DNA of 64,000 nt from Lama glama (GCA_028534125.1 CM052832.1:21392001-21456000), one strand, 5' to 3'. Shown: positions 24,279-37,714, counted from the first letter of the stretch. Numbers and translations are program-made. Notes: generated from the letters alone by a model not told the origin.

Positions 24279-26412
24279 ACTGTGATTATGGCTGTGTCCA
24301 TAAAAAGCACTTACGCGTTTAGAAGCAAAGGTGGACACTCTATGCCAACACCAGACAGACAAAATGAAATGGTGGAAATACAGACACCCTATTTATTTGC
24401 AGACACCTTGTTCCTAAAAGGATTGAGACAGCTTGCGAAATATATATAAAATTTAAGACAAGCCATTCTGGGGTTTTCTTTCAATCATGGTAAAATACGC
24501 ATAAACCGACCATCTTAACTGGTTTTAAGTATACAGTTAAGTATAGTCTTAAGTATATTCATGCTGTGGTGCAGCCAATCTCCAGAACTTTCTCATCTTG
24601 CAAAGTCAAAACTCTACCTATTAAACAACTTCCCACTAACAAGTTGTTTTCTGTGACAAGTTTGTGTATTACCTAATGAAAATAAAACATACTTTAAAAA
24701 TTAAACAAAATGTAATGACCTTTGCTCTTCATTAAAGAAAGCTTTTGGCTTGGAAATGTTCTGCCCACCAACCTAACAATCCTTTCTGACAATAAAAAAG
24801 GCCAGTAAGCAGAGCAGCCTTACAGGAGGGTAGGCAACAGGAGAAGGAAGTCTGGAACTTGAATATGTAACACCTATCTGGGAAGGAAGAAGTTGCAAAT
24901 GTGAGCCAAAGCTCTCTTCAAATCGGGGGCCCTCCAGCAGCCAATGAGAAGAGAGAAAGCAAAGCAGTTACAGGAATCAAGAGCAAATCGGCTGCCATGC
25001 TCTGGGGACCAGCCAGGAGATGAGTTTCAGGAAAGGCAGGGACTGAAGGGTGTTGGCAAGAAAGGCACATGACGCTACGACAAAAACTGCTGGAGGTGAA
25101 TGGAAATGGGGCAGGAATCAGGAGAATCTAAATGAAAGTAGAGGATTCTTCTAGAGTTCCCTGGTGGAAGGATACTATGCAATTTACTTGACCCAGACTG
25201 AGGGGGAGGGATGAAGGCAGGTGGAAAGACCCCAAAGATAGATTCCAGAGCAGCAAACAGCAAGCTAAACTCTGATGCTAGCTGCCTCAACGTGGGGAAG
25301 TTCCTCTCCAGAAAGGACCTCCTTTACACTCAAGCCAGTGGATGGATATAAGAAGAAAGCCCATCTTAAAATCTATTTCTAGGCTAAGCCTAAAATTAAT
25401 TTCCAAATAGAGATGTTATATTTCCATGTTCCTCACTCCCCACCACACAATGCACTTTCAAGTGTTCCAAGATTATATGCTAAGAAGGAAAATCCTTTGG
25501 ATGCTGATACTAGAATCTACTGGAAGAAAATAGAATTTCTGCTAAATTTCAGGCATAAACAGGGAGGAAAAAATCTGTCTCTCAGGACTGATGGCATGGA
25601 TAGTATGGAAAAAAAAAATTTTTTTTCTCAGATTCTCAAAAAATGCTTTTAGATCCATGGAAGAGAAACAGTGAAAAGTGGATGTTCCAGGCAGCATCTC
25701 ACAGCTTTACTTAGAAGGATTTTAGCAGTGTTTTCTGAAACTTGGGGCATTTCCAAGCATATTCTATGGCTTCTAAAATAACACCATAGCCTAGGGAACT
25801 AGAACACAACTCTCATCTTCTAGAAATGCTCTTATTACATGTAGACTGTGATGGGCGCCAAGGTGGAGTGAAAGGGCACTGGCGTTAGATTCTGGGACAA
25901 GTTCCACAATTTATTAGCTCTGCCACCCTGGGAAAATCACTCCGATTCTCTGACCTCTAGTTTTCCACCTGTAGCCTGCGGGTGATAATACTGTCTTGGG
26001 GAAATCGTCTGGAGGAACGTGAATCGAATTGGATGCGAGAAAGTGTTCAATGGATTTAAGAACATACTGTTGAACTTCCGGCAGCACAACACATGAACCT
26101 GATTCCTCCAGGTACAAAGATACCCAAATGCTGGATAAAATATAACCTTTACAAATACAGAGGGAGAATGGGGCTTGAAGGAAAATATGGAAAATGGCCA
26201 GGTGCCAGAAATGAAAGCAATCAAAACCAGGGAAATGAATCTAAGCTGATGCAGAAGCAGCCCCCTGGGTTTTCACTGGGTTTCCAGAGTTCCTGGATGC
26301 AGAGCAATGAGTTTCTAGTGCCCACGGAGATAAGAGATAGAACCTTAGCCAACAGATGGTGATAGGAGAGTCAAGTCCAGAGTGAAGAGCCACCCCAGCC
26401 ACTAAGGAGAGC

Positions 26413-26793
26413 TGTGCTGTCTGCTTATGCTACCGCAGCAATATACTGCAGTCTAGGTGGCTCCTGAGAAATTTGTTTTCACATAGTGTTGGAGGCTGGG
26501 GGTCCAAGAGCAAAGTACTGGCCGATCTGGCTTCTCCAGAGGCCTCTGTCTTTGGCTTGCAGGCAGCCGCCTTCTCCCTGTGACCTCGCATGGCCTCCCC
26601 TCTGCGTGTGCATCCCTGGTGTCTCTCTTCTCATACGGACACCAGTTATACTGGATTAGGGCCCCACCCCTATGACCTCATATAACCTTAACTACCTCTT
26701 TAAAGGCTGTTTCCAAATACAGTCACATTCTAAGGTACTGGGGGCTAGGGCTCCACCATATGAATTTTAGGGGGGCACAATTCAGTCCTTAAC
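26413..26793 (-). mobile_element. MaLR solo LTR (MLT1A-like)
   Basis: tggaggctgggggtccaag..ggattagggccccacccctatgacctc..ccaaatacagtcacattct..cacaattcagtccttaaca. Confidence 0.88.
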
Positions 26794-27210
26794 AGAGGCT
26801 GACAAAAACTCTACTCATAGGCTCAGACAGGCAGTAAAAAGGCTTATGAAAACTTGTCATTCGTCAGGGGCTTTAGATGAGATGGGGGAAAAGATCGCCA
26901 GTGAGAAATAAACAAAAGCCCAAACTTGTAACATGTGCAGGTACTACACACCCGCACAGGTAATATGTAAAGGTGTGGGCTCTGAACCTATCCTCCCTAC
27001 ATGTCGTGGGAACTGTAAACTAAGTAACATAAGGCAGAATTTCTCAAACCCTACCAGAAACTTAAAAAAAAACCCCAAAAACAAAAAAGACCAATCAGAG
27101 CAAAACTTTCACAGCCCAAGATATGCCACGTATATATTTTTTAACCCTGCTAAAAATTGATTCATTAAAAAAGCTACAAAAACTACAATGAGAGTCACTG
27201 AATACAACAG

Positions 27211-27388
27211 ACCAATGGTTCTCGAAGTGTGTTCCCTGGACCAGCAGGGTATCACGTGAGAAGCTGTTAGAAATGCAAATCCTTGGGCCCCACCTAGACC
27301 TATGAAATCAGAAACCTTGGGAGCGGGGATGAGAAATCTGGTATTAGCAAGCCCTCCAGGGGATTCTGACGAAGTGTGGGAGCCCTGC
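27211..27388. mobile_element. MER5A (hAT-Charlie)
   Basis: ggttctcgaagtgtg..ctggaccagcag..gttagaaatgcaaatccttgggccccacc..aatcagaaac..caagccctccagg. Confidence 0.85.
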
Positions 27389-27816
27389 AGTAGAGGAATG
27401 GGCATCTCAGCCACTGTGGGGAATGAGGCTTCCATACAATAGTCCCCTTTTCCTCGATGTCAGGAGCTCAGACACTCAAAAGCCACCAAACTCACTATCC
27501 ACTGCCCTTCCCTGTTCGCATGCTGTTCAAAGCCTCAGGTCACTTCCCTTCATTCCTAAATGCCTTTCCCCCTCGCTCACTAGCCCTCCCTGGTTCCCGC
27601 CTTCCCAGAGCTTAGCATGTAGTTGGTGCTCAGTAAATTTTTACTGGAAAGAGTAAACAAGAGCTGCATGTGTTGTGAGGCTATGCTCTTTTCAAAAAGC
27701 TGCCAACTCTACATTTGATATTTAAAATAGGGGTGGTGGTGGGCTGCTGCCTCCAACATGGCTAAATCTAGAAAGTGGTCTTCTGAGGCACAGAGAGCAC
27801 CTCTGCAGAAGGAGGC

Positions 27817-28254
27817 TGTATCAGTTAGCTAAAGCTGCTGTAACAAAGCACCACAGACTGGGTGGCTGAAAGGACAGAAATGGATCCACTTAGTTTTGAA
27901 GACTAGGAGTCCAAGATCAAGAGGTAAGCGAAGGTTAGTTCCTTCTGAGCGCTTTGAGGAAGCATCTGCTCCAGGCCTGTCTCCTAGCCCCTGGCACCTC
28001 ATTGTTCCTTGGCTTACTGAAGATGCTCTCCTGCACCTTCACCTCATCTTCCCTCGTAGGTGTTTCTGTCTCTTCCCAGGACATTCATTTTAGGACACCA
28101 GTCCCAGGGACTCATCCTACACTAGCGTGACCACACTGTAACTCAGCGAATTACATCTGCAATGGCTCTTTTTCCAGATGAAGCCACATTCTGAGGTCCT
28201 GGGGATTAGGACTTCAATGCAGGAATTTAGGGAGACAAAGTTCAACCCATAACA
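27817..28254 (-). mobile_element. MaLR solo LTR (MLT1C-like)
   Basis: gctgctgtaacaaagcaccacagactgggtggct..ttacatctgcaa..cacattctgaggtcctggggattaggacttcaa..ttcaacccataaca. Confidence 0.85.
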
Positions 28255-29254
28255 GATACAATCAGCATAATATGTACAATTTTAAATTATATAAAACCTT
28301 AGCACAAAAACAGTGTAGTATATAGTTTATGGACAGAAATGCATAGTGAAAGTATAGTAACATGTATGAGAGGGAAAAGACCAACCTCAGCATAGTGCTT
28401 CCCTCCAAGGAGGGACAAAGGGAAGGAAACGCTACCAAGAAGGGGTCTGGAAAGGGGATTTGACGGCGTCTACATTATTCCATTTTTTTTTTCAAATGTG
28501 AAGCGATACAGCTCAATTTGTTAAATGTTGACGGGGGGTTATTGTATCTCTGCATTTTTCTTTTTCTGCATGTCTGAAATATTTCTAAATATTTGTTTAT
28601 TTGAGAAATTAGCATTAGGGAAGAAATGTTCTGGCCTGTAACAAACATGACATAGGACAAGGCACTATGAACTCTGTGCGGGTGAAGACATCAGGGAGTG
28701 CCAAGTGGCAGGTGGCTGTCTGAAAGGTCAAGTACAAGGGAATGAAACCAAGAGGCAGTCCAGACTGCAGGGGGATGGGCATGTCCCATGTCAGGCCACA
28801 AGTCACGGGAGATGAGGGATCAGGCAGGTCAACACAGACAAAACACAGGGGGCACTGCCAAGGCCAGCAGGGAGGGTGAGGCTGTGGCACAGATGGAGGT
28901 GAGATACAGGTGAGCGGGGTTTAGAAATACAGTCAAAGAGACCAGCATCCAAGATGCAAACTCGCTCCAGGCAGGACGCTCACACTGGTGGCTGGAATAG
29001 GAATTCCATCCTGACAAGTAGGACTGGATTAGGAATTTTGCCTTAGAGTTCTAGGGAAGGGATTCCTATAATTTCACAAGAGATGCTTGGCAAGTGAATG
29101 ACAGAGATCAGCAGAGGCCCCAAACCAACAGGCAACTGGGTGGTTAGTGTTCCCTGCACCCTGGGGCAAGTGCCAGACTACAGATCCAAGGAAGGAGGGT
29201 GGGGTATTACCCTGACCCACCTCTGCCTGACACGGAAGACTGAAACATTTGCCA

Positions 29255-29490
29255 GGCCCAGAGTTAAGCCACTTACAAGCATTATCTCACTTAATCCTCA
29301 ACAACCCATGAAGTTGATACTATTATTATACACATTTTATAGATGAAGACACCTTAGAAAGGCTCAGAAAGATGGCGTTAACTTGGCAGTAGACACAAGT
29401 CAACACAAATCAGTAGATGGCAGAACTGGGGTCCAGTCCCAGTCAGTGGATCCCAGAGCTCACAATCTCAGACCCTGTGTTTCACGGCCT
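29255..29490 (-). mobile_element. MIR SINE
   Basis: attatctcacttaatcctcaacaacccatgaag..cattttatagatgaaga..ggctcagaaag. Confidence 0.75.
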
Positions 29491-30984
29491 CCTTTCACTC
29501 ACATCAGAAATACCTGCCTGACCCTGGAGACACAGCACTGAGAAATCAGACCAGGGCCCCATCTTCATGGTGCTTACGTTCTAGGAAGCAGCTCACCACC
29601 CCCATAATGCAAACACAGCCTTAGAGACTTTTAAAGAACGTGCTCCAATAACCCGAGCCTGACATTTTTTTAAAGTGGAGGAGGGTGGGGTTCAGAAAAA
29701 GGAAGTATAATTAAGAGGCTGTCCAGGCAGGAGGCCCCGCCACACAGAAAGGCCAGGATTCCTAAAAGACACCTCCAATCATCCTGGGTGTGACGAAACT
29801 GTAACAATGACCTTTGAGCTAAAAGGAAAAGAAGGCGGCTTGCCCTGATAGGACGCCCACCGACAGGGAGACCCTGGCCTGGCCGAGGTCCCCCGCGCTC
29901 ATTATGCCAGCCTGGGGAGAAGGAAAGTCAATTCCAAAATTGCTTGTTCATGTCATGGTAAATCCTTAATGCTTTTAATGAAAATTCTTCTCCTTCATGA
30001 AATATTTTCTATTTTAAAGAAGAACGGCAAATTACTACAGCATTTCCAATAGCCTTTAAGTCAGGTTTAATTGGGGCAATTCCCTCCAGTGAATCGAAAG
30101 ATGACATTCGTCTTCATCGCCTGGGTGGAATGTTAAACTAGAAGCAGGGAGGAAATGTCAACGTAAAATAATGCTAATAATTATTCTGAATGTTACAGTC
30201 TCCTTGACCTTGGAATTTAAAGGGCCAAGATGAAGGCTTTTTGTCAAAAGTCAAGAAGTCATCCAGAGACGCTGCTGACATTTATGATTAATACAATCTG
30301 GGATTATTAGGAGAGAAATGCAGAATGTGATTAGCGCCTAGGATCTCAGTAATTCATTTTTATATCACTGTAGAAACCATATAGTATACGGACATAAAAA
30401 GATCTGACATGCTGAGGATAATCCTAATCTTTAGAAATTTCGAAAGGAAACCTCTAAAGATAAGGAAGATTTTTTGATTAAAGAAGCAGTCACTAAATAA
30501 TTAATGTATAGGTCTGGAGGAAAAGAGGGAAGAAAATGACCCCAGTTGAAGGAAAGATAATGATTCCTTGTGCATAACCCATGTGTGCACACAAAAGAAA
30601 TCAAGCCTCTATCTGTCGGGTCCCGTCGCTTCAGAGTTTCCTGGTTCATCTGCAGTGACAAGAGAGAGTGTGGCTCGGGGAAGGAGACCCCGGCACTGTG
30701 CTCTGAGCTGGCAATTCAAGCCCTCCCAGAGAAAAAATGGGACTCTGGTGAGAGCAGATACCTCTGTCATGGGAAAGATGGCTTTCTGTTTTTTGTTGAG
30801 GAAAACGAAGCTCCTGTTTTAAATCAAGCTTTTCATCCCAAGCTGTAACTGAGAAAAGTGCAAAGGGGAAGGGGCACCCACTCTTTGGGACCTGGTTTCC
30901 CTCCCCCCTCCAGCCCCCCCCCCCAGCACAATTCATCTCATTCCTCTTTCTCCTTCTTGCTCAGACAGAAGCAGGAATGTGGAA

Positions 30985-31708
30985 GAGGTGGGGGGGCAGG
31001 GAAATTTATTCTTATAAAAATAAACTGATAAAGACTCAGATACCCACAACAAACAAAGCAAAAAGGAAAAGAGGGCTTTTGAGAGAGAGAAAAAATACAA
31101 AACATTTAACTTACCCATTTTAAAATGAAAAACTGGAAGCAGGAAGCTTTACACCACCCAATCAAGCAATATATATAATTCTGATTTATGTGCAAACAGC
31201 ATATACATACAGGATGTGTGATATATTTTATGTATAGTAACCTTTCCTCAATTTTTCCCTCAGTTGGGACAGAGAGGTAGAGAGCAAGCAAACAGAGAAA
31301 AGGTGAAAAAAGGTGAGGATGGAATGTGAGGGAGAAAAATGTGGAGGGGAGCAGGAGGCAGGAGACAGCGCAAAGCAGAGACCCACTTGGAGGGGCTTTC
31401 CCTGTAGCCTAGGGTGCGTCAGAGGGCTTCTCGGTACTTCTTGATCACTCGCTGGTAGCTGAGAGCAGACTCTCTGGTTTAAAGTCTCATTCTCATCATC
31501 CTGCCAGTTTGGCCCCGAGAGCTGTTGGTGCCCATATCAATCTATTCCATGCACAAAATCCGTGCAGACCAAGAGAAGGGCTGGCTCTTCCAGGGGTCTG
31601 TCCTGCCTGCGTTACACTGCAGGCTTTCAGCCTTGCAATAAATAGTAATTCAGGGGAAGTTAAGTGAGGCACTATTCGGAAAGGAATCTTATGTTGCCCT
31701 GAAGGTAC
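30985..31708 (-). other. Candidate terminal exon of an unidentified minus-strand transcript
   Basis: Strong acceptor tactttcatttgttttcacag|GTACC at 31708, early stops in two frames, repeat-free AU-rich body, AATAAA at 31010-31005; also a GG|gtaagt donor at 31115. Confidence 0.3.
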
Positions 31709-32072
31709 CTGTGAAAACAAATGAAAGTAAAGTACTTGGCAACAACTCAATAAGGTTGAGGAAACTGTTCGAAAATCTCTCTAAATCAATTCAGCCAACG
31801 AAGGACTTGAGAAGACTTTCCAGCATCTGGATCGGAGATGTAGCAACCGTCACAGTTTGTTCTACTCATTCCAAGCCTCCCCTCCCCCACCCCAGATGTG
31901 ACCATCTTAAACAAATACGCATTTAAATTGCCGTCATCAGCACCTTAAAAGGCAGAGCCACAGTCAACGTTGACAAGATATAAATGGAAAAAGTTTCTAA
32001 ATGTCAAAACTTCCCACTGCCAAGTGGCAGCTGGGAGGCGTCATGGTGACCACTAAAACCTCACAAGTAGCT

Positions 32073-32420
32073 TCATTTCATTTCAACATTCTTTGCGGAC
32101 CATGTGTGCAGACACTGTTCTAGTCCCTGAATGACAGCGATGAATCAAACACAGGGTCCACGGTCCTCCCGGTCTAACGGAGGAGACAGACAAGCAAAGC
32201 GGCCATGAAAACACACTGGTGTGAGTGCGCAGGTGTAAATCCTGAGGGCTGAGCAAGTGCAGGGGAGAGGCATCCACCTCGTTTATCTCTGGGTGGGAGA
32301 AGGAGGGGGTAAGACTTCTCTGGGGAGGCAACTCTTGAATTGCAGTTCTAAGGAAAAGGCAGGAGTTAGCCAGAAGAAGAAGGAACAGCAGGGTGGGCGG
32401 GTGGGCTGTGTGTGCACACA
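32073..32420 (-). mobile_element. L2 3' fragment
   Basis: catttcaaca..tgtgtgcagacactgttctag..acagcgatgaatcaaacaca..ggagacagacaagcaaa. Confidence 0.65.
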
Positions 32421-32662
32421 GACAGGAAAGGAGAGCAACACACTTGCCGACACCACCACTGTCCACTGAGCCAAGTGGCTCAAGCTAGAACTTAGGAGTC
32501 ACCCTTGACCCCTTCTTTCCCTCACTGCTCACACCTAATCATTAATTCCTGTTGCCTTTACCCCCCCAAATATATCCCAAATCTGTCTAGTTCTAACTTC
32601 ACCCCACCTCCTGGTAGAAGCCCTGTCCTCTCTCCTCTAGACTCTGCAGTCAACTCCTAACT

Positions 32663-33071
32663 TGTTATTATGGGCTGAGATGTGCCCTCTGCCCCCACCC
32701 CCACCCAATTCCTATGCTGAAACCCTAACCTCAACCACTAAGGTACATCAGAAGGTGACTGTATTTGAAGATAGGGCCTTTAAACAGGTGATTAAGTTAA
32801 AATGAGGCCTGATCCAAACTGGCTGGTGTCCTTGGAAAAGGCAATCGGGACACACAAAGGCAGCAGGGATGCACGCCCAGAGGAGAGACCAGGTGAAGAC
32901 ATGGCTGGTGGACAGCCGTCTGCAAGCCAAGGAGAGAGGTCTCCAGAGAAACCAACCCTGCCCACACCTTGATCTTGGGGTCTTAGCCTCCAGAACTATC
33001 AGAAACAAATTTCTGTCCTTTAAGCCACCCAGGCTGTGGAGCTGGGTCATGGCAGCCTCAGCAAACCAACA
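32663..33071 (+). mobile_element. MaLR solo LTR (MLT1A-like)
   Basis: tatgggctga..gtgactgtatttgaagatagggcctttaaa..gcaagccaaggagagagg..gcctccagaact..tttaagccaccca..atggcagcc. Confidence 0.88.
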
Positions 33072-34751
33072 GACTTGCCTTTCTGTTTCTACTCATGCCC
33101 CTCAAATCCGCTGTCCAGCAGCTAAATCACATCGCAAGAGAGCCGGAAGGGAGGACGGCAGAGGAGCTGGGCTGAGTCCATGTGAAGCCATCCAGGCCAT
33201 CCCCTCAACCCCGTAATAGGGATTTGTAGAGACTTGAAAACAGAAGGTTCCCAGTCTTGTGAAAAACAACCCTACTTAAGACACAAGTTAAAAAGGCAAC
33301 AGTTATAACCTTTAGATTTGGGAGAGCCAATGAAAATTTCAGTGAGAAGACACTAATCTATCATTTAAAAAGATTACTCTTGATACCAAATAGAAGATGG
33401 ACTCGGGGGGCCAGGGGGAGAAGCAGGGGATTCACTCTCATGCAGGTGGGGAGCTGTGGCCGTCTCCCAGCTCTCCAAGAATTCTGAAAATATCATCACA
33501 GGCTCTAACGTTCAGCTCAGTTTGACGACATGATTTTTATGATTCCCAGGAGTTATGTGGTAACTGCTAGACTGAAAGGTTTCCTCCATCCCACAACTAG
33601 AAAACTCATCTTCATGAAAGAAAGCAATGCTCTGATATCTGCAGATACTGCCATTCCTTAAAAGTTTGTAAATCACATTAAGTAAATATCTCCATACTTA
33701 ATCCGGATATACTGTTTTCAATTAAAAATTATATTCTTCAGCCTGATAAACCATCGTAATCATCAAATTTGGCCCTAAAAGAACCCCAGTTGTTTTCAAA
33801 CCAAAAAAAGGCACCCTCCTAGGGCAAAGGTCTGTCAATTACTATTTCAAATAATCTAAGACGAATTCTGACTATTTATTTTAAAAATTCAAAACTGGTT
33901 TGAGCAACAGAAACATGTGAGCAACTGTTTTAATAAGCTTATAGTCTCAGAGTGATTAGACGGTAGAGCCACTGGGATAGAATTTCTAGCTTGTGTATTT
34001 TTTAGAAATCAGAAATGACTTTACATTAAATGACATATTTGTGTGCATTGGAGTGATGGAGAGGCAAGGCAGAAGATGTATGTATCTATTTCATGCATTA
34101 GAAGCATCTTCAAGATTCTAACAGAATACTCCTAGAATCTCATTATTCTTGAGGTTATGGGCCACACAGAATGTAAGTACAATACATGCAAACTAGCCAC
34201 ATTATAATCAACCGTCTGTTCAGTTTCTTCTTTATGAAACAAAGGAAGTGATAGCAACCCCTTGCTTCCGTTTTTATACTTGCACTGCTTAAAAAAAATG
34301 ACACTAATTTGGCTACATTAATACTCATTAATGTAAGAGCCCATTAAACAGTAACAGAGAAAGGCCAATTGCTTTTGTTTCTGACAACACATCTTTTCCT
34401 GGCTAGCCCACAATGGCTTCAACTGATTCAGAGGACAAGATAATAGTTCTAGTCTATAGAGCTAATTCTCCTGCCACTAAATATATTCTCCTACAAAATT
34501 GCCAAAGGTCATTGCTAAAAACCACAGTGAAATTCATAAAATATTGGAGGTAGGTGATGAATACTCTACAAAAATTTACTCTGGGAATTAACTGTATTTC
34601 ATCAGCCTCAGTACCAATTACCCAATTACACACACTACATTTTGAAACATAGTTGGCCAACTATACCACTCACTGCAGGGTAAGGGCTGAAAAGAACTTC
34701 AGATATCTCAAGCGTTTTAAAAACCAACTAAGAGATACAGGAGACTTGAAA

Positions 34752-35875
34752 TTTTTTCCCACCTCTATTGAGATATAACTGACATATAACACTGTGTAAG
34801 TTTAAGGTTTATAATGTGTTGATTTGATATACTTTACATTGTAAAATGATTATCACTATAGCATTAGCTGACACCTCCATCAAGTCCCATGCATGTAATT
34901 ACAATTGCTTTTTTGTGGTGACATTTAAGATTTACTCTCGTATCAACTTTCAAGTACACAGTACAGTATTATTAACTATAACCATCATGATGTACATTAG
35001 ATCCTCAGAACTTATTCACCTTACAATGGGAGTTTCTTACCCTTAGACCAACATCTCCCCATTTCCCCATCCTCCTGCTCCTGGTAACCATCGTTCCACT
35101 TTCTGTTTCTGTGAGCTCAGCTATTTTAAATTCCACATATGAGTATTTGTCTTTCTCCATCTGACTTATTTCAATTGATACAATGCTCTCAAGGTTTATC
35201 CATGTTTTTGCAAACAGCAGGATTTCCTTCTTTCTCATGGCTGTATAATATTCCATTGTATGTATACACCACGTGTTCTTTATCCATTTATCTGTTGACA
35301 AATGCTAAGATTATTTCCATATCCTGGCTATTGTGAATAATGCTGCAGTCAACACCTGAGTGTAGTTACCTATTCGAGACTGTTTTCCTTTTTCTTGGAT
35401 GTATACCCAGAAGTGGGTTTGCAGGATCATATGGTAGTTCTACTTTTAATTTTCTGAAGAACATCCATACTGCTTTCATAGCGGATGCACCAATTTGCAT
35501 TTCCACCAACAGTGCTCAAGGGTTCCCTTTTTTCCACATCCTCATCTGCATCTGTTATCTCTTGGTTTTTTGTTTTTGTTTTTGGACGAGTTGCTTTTCT
35601 ACAACAGTCATTTTAACAAGTATGAGGTGTAATATCTCATTGTGGTTTTGATATGTGTTTCCCTGATGATTAGTGATGTCCAGCACTTTTTCATGTACCT
35701 CTTGACTATCTGTATGTCTTCTTTGGAAAAATAACTGTTCAGTTTCTTTGCCCAGTTTTGAGCTAGGTTTTTGGGTTTTGCTATTGAGTTGCATGAGTTC
35801 TTTATATACTTTGGATATTAAACCCTCATCAAATATGGGATTTGAAGATATTTTCTTCCATTCTGTAGTTGCCTA
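34752..35875 (-). mobile_element. L1 (L1MA9-like) 3' ~1.1 kb
   Basis: attgagatataactgacatataacactgtgtaagtttaagg 3' end; ORF-track 35005-35301 peptide STDKWIKNTWCIHTMEYYTAMRKKEI is an ORF2 C-terminal remnant. Confidence 0.92.
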
Positions 35876-35934
35876 GAAAATTTCTCAATAGTTCTATCAA
35901 GCAGCCTCTTCCATGAATATCTAATCTTCAGGTG

Positions 35935-36357
35935 TTTTATTTAACAGCTCTACTGAGTTACAATTTACAAAAGCTACTCACTGTAAATGTAAAATTTGAT
36001 AATTTTGGCACATTTGTGTCATTGGGCAATTATCACACCACCACTGTGAGCCAGTCCTAGAACAGCTCTAAAAAGTTCTCTTGCGCCTGACTGCTGGCAA
36101 TCCTCGTTCCCAGTCCCAGTCCCATGCAACCACTGATCTGCTTCCTGTCTCCATACATTTGCCTTTTGGGGGGATACTTCATAAGAATTAAACCATGTAG
36201 TCTTTCCTGCTTGGCTTTTCTCACTTAGCATAATGTTTTGAAAGTCTGTCCATGTTGTACTGTGTAGCAAGAGTTCATTCTTTATTGCTGAATGGGATTT
36301 CATTGTAGGAATATACCACAGTTTGTCCATCATTCACCAGTTGATGGACATTTGCTA
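35935..36357 (-). mobile_element. Older L1 (L1MB/MC-like) 3' end
   Basis: caaccactgatctgcttcctgtct..ttcacttagcataatgttttga..ataccacagtttgtccat..cagttgatggacatttg. Confidence 0.8.
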
Positions 36358-37462
36358 TCATTTCATCTTTAAATAGTTGAATTCACCATTTGGAACGGGG
36401 GGGGGATTTTCTTTGTGGGAAGATTTTTAGTTACTGTTTTTATTTATTTACTTCTATTCAAATTCTCTATTTTTTTTCTTGAGTTAATTTTGGTAATTAA
36501 TGCCTATCTGGGAGTTTTTCAAACTTTTCTAGGTTGTCTAATTTATTGACATAGTTCTATAATATTCCACCTATAATTCTTTCCATTTCTGTAGGGTCAG
36601 TGATGTCCCTTCTTTCACTCTCGGTTTTAATGGTTTGTGTCTGCCCTCTTTTATTCCTGGTCAGTGTAGGTAAAGGTTTATCAATTTACTTCATCTCTTC
36701 AAAGAAGCAGGTTTGATTTCATTGGGTTTCTTTACTGTGTTTTGCTTTCTATTTCACTGATTTCTACTCTTTTTATTTCCTTCCTTTTGCTTGCTTTGTG
36801 TTTAATTTGCTCTTATTTTTGCTGGTTTAGAGTAGAAGCTCAGATGATTAATTTGAGAACCTCTTTTCTAATATGGGTATTTAAATCTATACATTTCCCT
36901 GTAAGTACTACTCTAGCTGCATCTATAACTTATGGTATGTTGTGTTTTAATTTTCACTCAGTTCAAAATATTTCCTAGTGTCCCTTTTGATGTCTTCTTA
37001 GATCCATGCGTTACTTATAACTGTGTTAACGCCCACATATTTAGGGAATTCCTAAATTTCCTTCTGTTAATGATTTCTACTTTAATTCTGTTAAGGTTGA
37101 ATGGTTTCAATTCTTTCAAATTTATTATTATGACATACCACATGGTCTGTCCTGGTCTATTCCTTTTGTACATGAAAAGAACATATACAACACTGTTGTT
37201 GGGTGGAGTGTTCTACAAATGTCATTAGGCCATTTAGGTCACGTTTGATAGTGGTGTTCAAGTCTTCTATATCTTTGCTGACTTCTCTGTTTAGTTATTG
37301 TATTAATTATTGAAAGGAGTATTAAAATCTCTCTGTTGAATTTGATGTTTCTTATTTTCTTCTGTCAGTTTTTGATTCATGTATCTTGGGGCACTGTTGT
37401 GATATATGTATACACTTTTAATTGGCATATCTTTTTCATGTATTGGTTCCTTTATCATTATA

Positions 37463-37714
37463 TGTATATTTTACAAGTGAAGTATAGTTGATTTATAATG
37501 TGTTTCTGGTGTACAGCAAAGTGATTCAGATATACATAGATTTATGTCCAAGAATGTTTTGACTGTTCTCTTCTAGGAGTTCTGTGGTGTTATGTCTTAT
37601 ATTTAAGTCTTTGAGCCATTTTTTAGCTTACTTTTGTGTATGATGTGAGAGAGTGTTATAACTTCATTGATTTACATGCAGCTGTCCAGGTTTCCCAACA
37701 CGACTTGCTGAAGG
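37463..37714 (-). mobile_element. Younger L1 moiety fused 3' of U6 (ORF2 segment + extreme 3' end)
   Basis: Minus strand ccttcagcaagtcgtgttgggaaacctggacagctgcatg..ctcctagaagagaac..ttggacataa then ctgaatcactttgctgtacaccagaaac..aatcaactatacttca. Confidence 0.88.
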
